A stretch of 64,000 nucleotides of DNA from an uncultured virus (IMG/VR IMGVR_UViG_3300030376_003496) (taxonomy: Duplodnaviria > Heunggongvirae > Uroviricota > Caudoviricetes): IMG/VR virus record IMGVR_UViG_3300030376_003496. One strand, given 5' to 3'. Positions 52,057 through 58,858 of the stretch are shown here, one piece after another. The position numbers were made by a program, and so were the translations under genes. The notes beneath the pieces are model-generated. The model was not told where the DNA came from, ran no database searches, and was given only the letters and a program-made list of their open reading frames with translations. Within the stretch, counting starts at the first letter, position 1. Each line of letters opens with the position of its first letter.

Positions 52057-52371
52057 ATGTGTGACAAGATTGACCTTGACCCTCATCGATGCTTGGATGA
52101 TGAGGATGCTGCGTGCCTTTGCACGGCCCAAGACCTTCTCCCGAGGTTCTTGCACGAACACCACGAAGGAAGCGAGATGTTTGGAGACAGTACGTGGGTT
52201 CTCAACAACCGACAGATGGCTCGTCTCATGGAGATTGCCATCTTGGCACTGAATAAGGAGGCTTCTTCTGACCAGATTCGACGAGGAAACTTCGTTCGAG
52301 GCGGCATCTTGGCAGAAATCGGAACAGATCTCATGAACAAAAATCGAAGGGCCATGACTTCGGTTGACTGA
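52057..52371 (+). CDS. Early hypothetical protein
   Basis: GAAAGGA SD; 104 aa. Confidence 0.7.
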   Translation: MCDKIDLDPHRCLDDEDAACLCTAQDLLPRFLHEHHEGSEMFGDSTWVLNNRQMARLMEIAILALNKEASSDQIRRGNFVRGGILAEIGTDLMNKNRRAMTSVD

Positions 52372-52377
52372 CCCGAC

Positions 52378-52404
52378 ACTGCTGGGCATCAGTATAAACT
52401 GCCC
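52378..52404 (+). ncRNA. Compact H-type pseudoknot element
   Basis: ACUG/CAGU stem; loop GGGCA pairs with downstream UGCCC across an AUAAAC linker. Confidence 0.5.
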
Positions 52405-52436
52405 TTTCACTTTTCACAAAAAAGGAGACTTGACCG

Positions 52437-52685
52437 ATGCGTGATAGAAGAATGATTGTTAATCCCAACCCTCGGAGAGGTATCGAGGTGCGGGATGGTG
52501 AGGCCATCAAGGCAAGGATCAACGAGATCAACAACCTGAAGCGCAAGTGGCTTGCTCAAGAGCAGCGACGGCGGCCCGAGGCAAAGATCTCTTGTACTTT
52601 GATCTCCTTGAATCTGGATGATTTGTGGAGGGACCACGACGTAGTGGATCTCGAATCTTTTGAGCGTGTTGCTCCCTATCTCTGA
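52437..52685 (+). CDS. Early hypothetical protein
   Basis: AAGGAG SD; 82 aa. Confidence 0.65.
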   Translation: MRDRRMIVNPNPRRGIEVRDGEAIKARINEINNLKRKWLAQEQRRRPEAKISCTLISLNLDDLWRDHDVVDLESFERVAPYL

Positions 52686-52695
52686 AAGGATTGAT

Positions 52696-52935
52696 ATGAT
52701 TATTTGTATTGAATCAGAACTTGAAAGTACTCTTACAGAACTTCTTCGTGAAGACTACGGAGATGAGCTTGAGGGTATCGAGGATATCGATGACTTGCTG
52801 TCAGAGCTTTACGATCATATCCATGTGGATATTATTCCTATTGCTGAGAATTATTTTAGGAGCAGTATCCCCGGCTTGACTAAGGAAACTGTTGAAACAT
52901 TCGTATCAAACCATGAACCCGAGGACGATGAATGA
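52696..52935 (+). CDS. Highly acidic early protein (possible Ocr-like DNA mimic)
   Basis: GAAAGGA SD then ATG 52696; 79 aa with 24 D/E and 3 K/R. Confidence 0.55.
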   Translation: MIICIESELESTLTELLREDYGDELEGIEDIDDLLSELYDHIHVDIIPIAENYFRSSIPGLTKETVETFVSNHEPEDDE

Positions 52936-53186
52936 CTAAAGAGTTCCGTATTTACGTGCATGACGATGCTTCACCAACACCTGAGGCTATCGCAATGTGG
53001 TTTTTTGACGCAAAAGATCCTGCTCTTATGTATGCTAGAGAGCTATGCGATAAGTTTCAAGAAAACAAGGATTGTCTTAGAAATCTTTCACGATACTCTG
53101 TAACGGTGTATCAATTTTACGGTACTGACCTGAAGTTCAGGTCGGATGTTTTTGACTCAAAGAAGGAGTACCCATGCGTACGATGA
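52932..53186 (+). CDS. Hypothetical protein
   Basis: GAGG SD; ATGA overlap with the upstream stop. Confidence 0.6.
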   Translation: MTKEFRIYVHDDASPTPEAIAMWFFDAKDPALMYARELCDKFQENKDCLRNLSRYSVTVYQFYGTDLKFRSDVFDSKKEYPCVR

Positions 53187-53572
53187 GTTATCAATGGCTC
53201 CATGACGGAGAGAATCTGACCTGTGTCAGCAATGACACTGGACCACAAGAAAAGTTTTTGTTCAAGACCGGGATGTTTGGTCGAGAATACTACTTCATTG
53301 AGCGTGACATTTCGCTCAAGGACTACGACGAGGATGCCGGGGCATACTGCTCGGAGGATATCGAGTGGTACGTCACTTGGCTGAGTGATGTGTCCAAGGC
53401 AGGCGTTGGACTCAAGAGGGAGGCAGTACACGCTCCCCTTGGTACTTACGCTGACATCAAAGAGGTATGCCTGTGGTGCCGAATTGGTTGTCCTGAAATC
53501 AAGAGAACAACAAGCAACGCCAAGTCGAAGATGGACTGGACGCTTGATATGCTCGAAGCTACTTCAAAATAA
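53174..53572 (+). CDS. Hypothetical protein
   Basis: AAGGAG SD; 132 aa. Confidence 0.65.
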   Translation: MRTMSYQWLHDGENLTCVSNDTGPQEKFLFKTGMFGREYYFIERDISLKDYDEDAGAYCSEDIEWYVTWLSDVSKAGVGLKREAVHAPLGTYADIKEVCLWCRIGCPEIKRTTSNAKSKMDWTLDMLEATSK

Positions 53573-53580
53573 CTCTCACG

Positions 53581-53613
53581 GGGGCGGTCATGTTGGCCGT
53601 CCCCTTCTTTTTT
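53581..53613 (+). terminator. Intrinsic terminator in the early region
   Basis: GGGGCGGTCA-TGT-TGGCCGTCCCC stem followed by TTCTTTTTT. Confidence 0.75.
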
Positions 53614-53643
53614 CTATGCCACATTGGCAGAAAGTTTTATACT

Positions 53644-53922
53644 ATGTCTAACTATGACAAGACTATGCGTTTCTTTGCTACCGTCACCTTCTACCTCCCC
53701 CTTGGTGAGGGCAACAAGACTTGGGAACTCAAGGTCCACGCGAACACTCAAGGCGGCCTCATGGATGAGGTGCTTCGGGTCAAGAAGAACTACGAGGCCA
53801 AGCACGGCAAGTCCACTTGCAAGACTTGGAAGTACTCTGGCCCCGATGGTTTCAACCGACTGATGGATCAGCGCAAGCGTGAGCAGAAGGCGTGGGCTGA
53901 GAAGCAGCAGGCCAGCGCGTGA
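53644..53922 (+). CDS. Hypothetical basic protein
   Basis: ATG 53644; strong GC3 codon bias. Confidence 0.65.
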   Translation: MSNYDKTMRFFATVTFYLPLGEGNKTWELKVHANTQGGLMDEVLRVKKNYEAKHGKSTCKTWKYSGPDGFNRLMDQRKREQKAWAEKQQASA

Positions 53923-54148
53923 GCGGCTGCTCAACTCAAGAGGTATCCCGAGTCCCCTCTGAGGCATACGTCTCAGAGGGGGTCTCCGGGCCTCACACGG
54001 AACCTGTTGACTTGGGGGCTGCCCTCCTTGTTTTTATATTAGTAGTTTTATTATGCTACAGATTACTCAAGAGTAGCAAAGATTGATCCGATGATTATGT
54101 AGTGTCCAAAAAACCCACGTTATTGGTATAGCTACATAAGGAAATGCT

Positions 54149-54529
54149 ATGAGTAAACTGTATGACCGTGATGGATTCTGCGTATTCGGTACGCAACCTT
54201 CTGCTACGCAGCTTGTTGTGAACGACCGTGTGTATCTCATCGTTGACCGTAGGCGTAATCAAGACAACCTGAATGAAGCACAGCAATTGCATATGCAAGG
54301 GCTGCTGAATGTCCATGATCCTTATGTGGACTGGAGGGCTGTCACTGACAAGAAAGGAAAGTCTACCTATAAAGGAATGCTGAATGTATTCCCATCCATT
54401 GCACAGCAGTGGAAGAATCAGATGAAAGGTAAGTACATCAAGCCCAAGACTTATATGACTGATAACCCTGATAAGATGGGTGAAGATAAGTATTGGGAAG
54501 TTCTTAAGTCCTATCTAACCAAGCACTAA
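54149..54529 (+). CDS. Hypothetical protein
   Basis: AAGGA SD; 126 aa. Confidence 0.65.
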   Translation: MSKLYDRDGFCVFGTQPSATQLVVNDRVYLIVDRRRNQDNLNEAQQLHMQGLLNVHDPYVDWRAVTDKKGKSTYKGMLNVFPSIAQQWKNQMKGKYIKPKTYMTDNPDKMGEDKYWEVLKSYLTKH

Positions 54530-54538
54530 GGAGTGCAA

Positions 54539-54700
54539 ATGATTTACAAGATTGTTGAGTCTGGCAAGTGGTACAACGTTGTGGTTGCTTCCACTGATAT
54601 GATTGAAGATGGTTTTGATAATCGTGAGGATGCCGAGCGGTACATGGCACACCTCGAAGCTTCAGATTCTGTTGGTATCCTCGAACAGGAGCGTAAGTAA
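54539..54700 (+). CDS. 53-aa hypothetical protein (not in ORF track)
   Basis: AAGGAG SD; MIYKIVESGKWYNVVV...GFDNREDAERY...*; TAATG coupling to the next gene. Confidence 0.6.
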   Translation: MIYKIVESGKWYNVVVASTDMIEDGFDNREDAERYMAHLEASDSVGILEQERK

Positions 54701-54942
54701 TGCCTAAGAAACTAAAAACAGAAGACATCATCACTACCAAGGATCACCTCCATGACATTGACTACCTCGCAGGTAGGGCACTCATGATATTCAATGATGA
54801 GTATGAAGGTGAGGCTGATTCATGGTTGGATGATATCAAGGACATTCAAAGAAAATGTTCTATCCTATTGACTAGAGATTTCATTAGGCGGGCTGATGCC
54901 CGTGCAGCAAGACACGCAAACCTTACAAGAAAGGAAGAGTAA
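54700..54942 (+). CDS. Hypothetical protein
   Basis: AGGAG SD; TAATG coupling on both sides. Confidence 0.6.
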   Translation: MPKKLKTEDIITTKDHLHDIDYLAGRALMIFNDEYEGEADSWLDDIKDIQRKCSILLTRDFIRRADARAARHANLTRKEE

Positions 54943-55148
54943 TGTATATTGCAGAGATTATGTATCGTGGTGACCTTCATGAGATCATGCATCTCAACGA
55001 CAGGGAGCCGTCCAATCTGGAAGTTATCAAACAAGAAATTGATTTGAACTATCCCGGCGAGGAGGATCATGTTCGTATTACCTTGATTAATAGGGATACA
55101 GATGAGCGTGAAGATATTACTGGAGAAGTAACATGTTCACAGAAATGA
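54942..55148 (+). CDS. Hypothetical acidic protein
   Basis: TAATG coupling; 68 aa. Confidence 0.55.
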   Translation: MYIAEIMYRGDLHEIMHLNDREPSNLEVIKQEIDLNYPGEEDHVRITLINRDTDEREDITGEVTCSQK

Positions 55149-55801
55149 ATGTTGAAATGGTAGATAGCATGGGAGGAGACTTGGATGTAGTTAACGCTGC
55201 CCGCGTCTCTTTCTCTAAAGAAAGTAATGAGCTTGGTAATAACGATATTAAACTTATTAACTATCTCGCCAAGCATAATCACTGGACTCCCTTTGCTCAT
55301 TGCTTTGTAAAGTTTAGGGTTAAGGTTCCTATCTTTGTAGCTCGTCAATGGTTCAAACATACTGTTGGCTTTGCTTACAACGAAGTAAGCAGACGCTATG
55401 TATCAGGAAACCCTGAGTTGTTTGATGTTAACGTATGGAGAGGTAAACCTGAAGATAACATTAAGCAAGGATCTAGTAGCAAAGTAATATATGTTACTAG
55501 AGAAACTACTGAGCTTATGGAAATAATGGTAGCTCACTACAATACTCTTATCAAACAAGGTATTGCACCGGAGATGGCACGTATGGTGTTGCCTCAGGCT
55601 ACAATGACTGAGTACATCGTAAGTGGTAGCCTTGCTGCATGGGCTAGGTTCTACAACCTCAGGGCAGACGATCACGCGCAGCATGAAATTCGCTGGTGTG
55701 CTGAACAGATCGGTGAGAAGATGGTAAAGTATTACCCACATAGTTGGGCTGCTCTTTGTAACAACTGTAAGGAATGGAACTTTGGCGAAGAAGAACATTA
55801 A
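55133..55801 (+). CDS. thyX: Flavin-dependent thymidylate synthase
   Basis: VVNAARVSF, HWTPFAH, PIFVARQWFKH...NEVSRRYV, EMARMVLPQ and LR...HAQ.EI motifs. Confidence 0.95.
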   Translation: MFTEMNVEMVDSMGGDLDVVNAARVSFSKESNELGNNDIKLINYLAKHNHWTPFAHCFVKFRVKVPIFVARQWFKHTVGFAYNEVSRRYVSGNPELFDVNVWRGKPEDNIKQGSSSKVIYVTRETTELMEIMVAHYNTLIKQGIAPEMARMVLPQATMTEYIVSGSLAAWARFYNLRADDHAQHEIRWCAEQIGEKMVKYYPHSWAALCNNCKEWNFGEEEH

Positions 55802-55895
55802 GTTTAAAGAATTTAGAGGTCGCACTGCTGGTAAGCCGAGGCGATCTAAAAAGAATAAGTACGGCCTACGAAAAAGTGGGAGAAAGAATTGATGT

Positions 55896-56090
55896 ATGAG
55901 TCCGAAGGATCATAACGATTGGCGTAAGACTGATCGTGCTAAAGATAAGATTAAAGAACCAAAGAAAAATAAACACCAAAAGAAACACTGGACCGAATGG
56001 GCTGGTGATAACCTTGCTCATCCTGATGACTCAGTAGACATGACTCAACAAGAATGGGATAATTTTCTTGAAGGAAACTCAGATGAATGA
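55896..56090 (+). CDS. Hypothetical protein
   Basis: 64-aa ORF in a tightly packed operon. Confidence 0.5.
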   Translation: MSPKDHNDWRKTDRAKDKIKEPKKNKHQKKHWTEWAGDNLAHPDDSVDMTQQEWDNFLEGNSDE

Positions 56091-56188
56091 GATTGATCCA
56101 AAAGAACTTGAAAAGATTTTTGATGTCTTTCCTCAAGCACAGATTGAAAAAGACCTTCACAATCAGATTGTAATTTATACAGGAGTTT

Positions 56189-56530
56189 ATGACAATGACT
56201 GAACGTGATTGTGTTCGTTACACAATAATGGTTCCTAATACTTTTGCAACAGATGAAGACATTCAGAATGAATTAAAAGAAGTTATTTTTGATGAATGCA
56301 CACAAGCAGTAATCAGATCTTTTGCTTGCACTTGTATGGTTAGCGAGGGAAATGTTTTTGGTTTTAAAGAATGGAAAGTAACTATACCCCTGCATTCAGC
56401 CGAAGCTGTGTATCATCGTATTGCCCTTTGGGCAGAAGAATGGCTTCATCGTGAAGAAGCATCGGGAAGACTTGGTATAGATAGTATCATGTTAGAGAAA
56501 GAATTTGTAAAGAAGGTATACTTGAGGTAA
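56189..56530 (+). CDS. Hypothetical protein
   Basis: AGGAG SD; 113 aa or slightly shorter. Confidence 0.6.
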   Translation: MTMTERDCVRYTIMVPNTFATDEDIQNELKEVIFDECTQAVIRSFACTCMVSEGNVFGFKEWKVTIPLHSAEAVYHRIALWAEEWLHREEASGRLGIDSIMLEKEFVKKVYLR

Positions 56531-56537
56531 CGATATA

Positions 56538-56657
56538 ATGAACGGAGCAGATGGATTTTTATTGTATCAGTTAGGTTGTTTTGATTACGTTTTGTTTCTT
56601 GTTTTAATTGGTATTCTTGTGAGCTTTATTGGTAAAGCTCTCGATCTCTTTGACTAA
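56538..56657 (+). CDS. 39-aa membrane peptide (not in ORF track)
   Basis: GAGG SD; MNGADGFLLYQLGCFDYVLFLVLIGILVSFIGKALDLFD*. Confidence 0.45.
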   Translation: MNGADGFLLYQLGCFDYVLFLVLIGILVSFIGKALDLFD

Positions 56658-56673
56658 GAAAGGTCAATACACT

Positions 56674-57657
56674 ATGTCACACGAAATTACTACTACTGAC
56701 AACGCAGTTTTCCACGGAACCAAGGCTTGGCACGGGCTGGGCTATGTTGTTCAGGATGAGATGGGTCCACTGAAGGCAGTTGAAACTGCTGGACTCGATT
56801 GGTACGTCTACAAGACGGATGGTGTGTTCGGTTATACTAACGAAGGTGCTACTGTAATGGATTCCAAGCGGTGCATGACGTACCGTGAAGATACCAAGGA
56901 AGCCCTTGGCTACGTCTCCAGTGACTACAACGTCTTTCAGAATGTGGAGCTTGCGAATCTCGCACTCTCTGTGTCCGATGATGTTAAGGTTGAGTCTGCA
57001 TTCTCAATGATGGGCGGCAAGCGTGTCGTGATCCTGCTCAAGGGATCAAGCATTGAGGTTGGCAAGGATGAGCGTGATGTCCTTGATACTTACTTCTGCC
57101 TGTGCAATGGGCACGACGGTAAGTTCTCTCTTCGTGGCTTTGGTACAACCATCCGTATTGTGTGCAACAACACACTTCAGATGGCACTGAGCAATGCCAA
57201 GGGACAAACTTATGCAATTAGTCACAACGGTGACTTCCAGACTAAGCTGGAAGACATGCGTACTGCACTGGGTGAATACAAGAAGAACCGTGAATGGTTC
57301 CACACTACTGTTAACTCCCTTGCTCAGAAGGACGTTGACAAGGCTCGACTTGATGAATTCTGGAAGCAGTCATTCGCAATGATTACTGATCCTAAGATTC
57401 TCAAGGACAAGACTGCTGGTATGCGTGAAGCAATCAAGTTCCAAGAAAACGTCAAGGTTACCTTTGAACAGGAACGTGACGCTGAAGGCATCCGACCCTC
57501 AATGTGGCTGGCTGCTAACGCAGTGACCAACTACATTCAGCACAGAACTACAACCCGAGGACGCAAGGCTTCCTTCGAAAATCGGGCTGGCGATATGCTG
57601 ATGGGCAAGAAGGCAGATACTTCTAACAAGATCATGAAGGCCGCGTTGGCTTTCTAA
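56674..57657 (+). CDS. DUF932 / phage-plasmid TIGR03299-like protein
   Basis: MSHEI...AWHGLG...AGLDW, LG.VS.DY..FQN, NGHDG and T.IR.VC.NTL motifs. Confidence 0.88.
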   Translation: MSHEITTTDNAVFHGTKAWHGLGYVVQDEMGPLKAVETAGLDWYVYKTDGVFGYTNEGATVMDSKRCMTYREDTKEALGYVSSDYNVFQNVELANLALSVSDDVKVESAFSMMGGKRVVILLKGSSIEVGKDERDVLDTYFCLCNGHDGKFSLRGFGTTIRIVCNNTLQMALSNAKGQTYAISHNGDFQTKLEDMRTALGEYKKNREWFHTTVNSLAQKDVDKARLDEFWKQSFAMITDPKILKDKTAGMREAIKFQENVKVTFEQERDAEGIRPSMWLAANAVTNYIQHRTTTRGRKASFENRAGDMLMGKKADTSNKIMKAALAF

Positions 57658-57764
57658 ATTTCACAGCATAGTGTACACAACCCTTACTTATGAAAGGGCC
57701 TATAGTTTCCTCAAAACTTAGTACACTATGTCCCCCCGCCCCTTGATTGTTTCAAGGGGCACTC

Positions 57765-57837
57765 GCCCTCGTAGCTCAGTTGGTAGAGCATTCGGCTTTT
57801 AACCGATCGGTCGCAGGTTCAAGTCCTGCCGAGGGCA
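57765..57837 (+). tRNA. trnK: tRNA-Lys (anticodon UUU)
   Basis: Acceptor GCCCTCG/CGAGGGC; D arm TAGCTCAGTTGGTAGAGC; anticodon loop CTTTTAA; T arm GCAGGTTCAAGTCCTGC; no encoded CCA. Confidence 0.95.
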
Positions 57838-57852
57838 TTAAGGAGATTTATT

Positions 57853-57948
57853 ATGATTGTTATTACTAACCCAGATTGTCCTGTTTGTAAAGGTACTGGA
57901 ACAGATACCCGTGGACCCATTGCCGAGGAGTGCCCTAAGTGTGAATAA
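57853..57948 (+). CDS. 31-aa zinc-ribbon peptide (not in ORF track)
   Basis: AAGGAG SD; MIVITNPDCPVCKGTG...ECPKCE* (DnaJ-type CxxCxGxG...CxxC). Confidence 0.6.
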   Translation: MIVITNPDCPVCKGTGTDTRGPIAEECPKCE

Positions 57949-58494
57949 ATTAATGGAAGAAATGTATACGTTTCATAATGAAATTGCTTTAAGAGAGAAT
58001 GCTTCGGCTGCTTCGGTAGCCTCGCTGGCAGCAGTCGGGAAGGATTACTTTACGTCCATAGCGGGAGGACTTCTCACCCTCGGTGAAATCCACGCTCCAC
58101 TATCACAGACCCATAAGTTCATTACCCGCTGCTCCGAGCTTAACTACGAAAACGAAATCAAAACTCACTTGATTAATCACTACAAGATCCCCGGTTGGGG
58201 TTCATCTTTTGTCAAAGGTAATCCTGACTCGGTGTTCTTTGCAGTTGATTGTATGCTTGAAGGAAGCAAAACACNNNNNNNNNNNNNNNNNNNNNNNNNN
58301 NNNNNNNNNNNNNNNNNNNNNNNNNNNNNNNNNNNNNNNNNNNNNNNNNNTACCCAAACGCTTCGTATTATACTGTAGCATGTTGCATTGAATCAGGAGT
58401 TCCTATTGAAAAGGCAGCGTTCCATCTTGTTAATGCTAGACTCCCTGCTTGGACGGAGTTGTGGATTCTCACTAAACAGAAAAAACTTCGGTAG
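57941..58494 (+). CDS. Minimal, divergent citrate-synthase-fold protein (spans an N gap)
   Basis: H.....ENAS, TSIAGGLLTLGEIHAP and KIPGWG before the gap; YPNASYY...G.P...AR..AW after it. The frame offset across the Ns probably reflects gap-length error. Confidence 0.65.
58275..58350. other. Assembly gap (76 N)
   Basis: Run of n characters. Confidence 0.99.
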
Positions 58495-58558
58495 CTCAGT
58501 TGGATAGAGCAGTTGACTTCTAATCAACAGGTCGAAGGTTCGAGTCCTTCCCGAAGTG
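58485..58558 (+). tRNA. trnR: tRNA-Arg (anticodon UCU)
   Basis: Acceptor ACTTCGG/CCGAAGT; anticodon arm GTTGA-CTTCTAA-TCAAC; T arm GAAGGTTCGAGTCCTTC. Confidence 0.93.
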
Positions 58559-58562
58559 TGAT

Positions 58563-58647
58563 GGCTCTGTGGCGGAATTGGCAGACGCAACGGACTTAAA
58601 ATCCGTCGAGGGTAAACCTCATGGGGGTTCGAGTCCCCCCGGAGCTA
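58563..58647 (+). tRNA. trnL: tRNA-Leu (anticodon UAA)
   Basis: Acceptor GGCTCTG/CGGAGCT; anticodon arm ACGGA-CTTAAAA-TCCGT; long variable arm GAGG-GTAAA-CCTC; T arm GGGGGTTCGAGTCCCCC. Confidence 0.93.
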
Positions 58648-58663
58648 TTAGAAAGGAGTATTT

Positions 58664-58858
58664 ATGTACGGTAAAGGTGATAAATACAGGGACGTTGATA
58701 AGAAAAAGTACGATGAACAGTATGAAAAGATTTTTGGAAAGAAAAAATTTAACATCATGAGTGACAAGGAGTCCAATGACAGTATGGGAAGCGTACACAA
58801 AAGAAGAAAAAACAAGGCTAACAAATCTTCAGTTAGCAAACGAAGACAAAGCCGCTAA
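58664..58858 (+). CDS. Small basic protein (GKGDKYR..D..KY...Y..IF pattern)
   Basis: AAAGGAG SD; the 3' end overlaps the RNAP start. Confidence 0.65.
   Translation: MYGKGDKYRDVDKKKYDEQYEKIFGKKKFNIMSDKESNDSMGSVHKRRKNKANKSSVSKRRQSR

Noticed and set aside
53947..53990. Strong hairpin after 53644-53922 as an intrinsic terminator
   Set aside because: No U-tract follows; it may be a processing or stability stem, but this cannot be supported.
54007..54040. TTGACT...TATATT as a sigma-70 promoter
   Set aside because: Spacing is about 22 nt, too long for a canonical promoter.
51576..56050. CTGATGA matches (about 51576 and 56023) as hammerhead ribozyme cores
   Set aside because: They lie inside ORFs and lack a stem II followed by GAAA and flanking stems.
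58275..58378. Apparent frameshift or pseudogene in the citrate-synthase-like gene
   Set aside because: The frame change falls in an N gap of estimated length; both sides are open and carry consecutive motifs.
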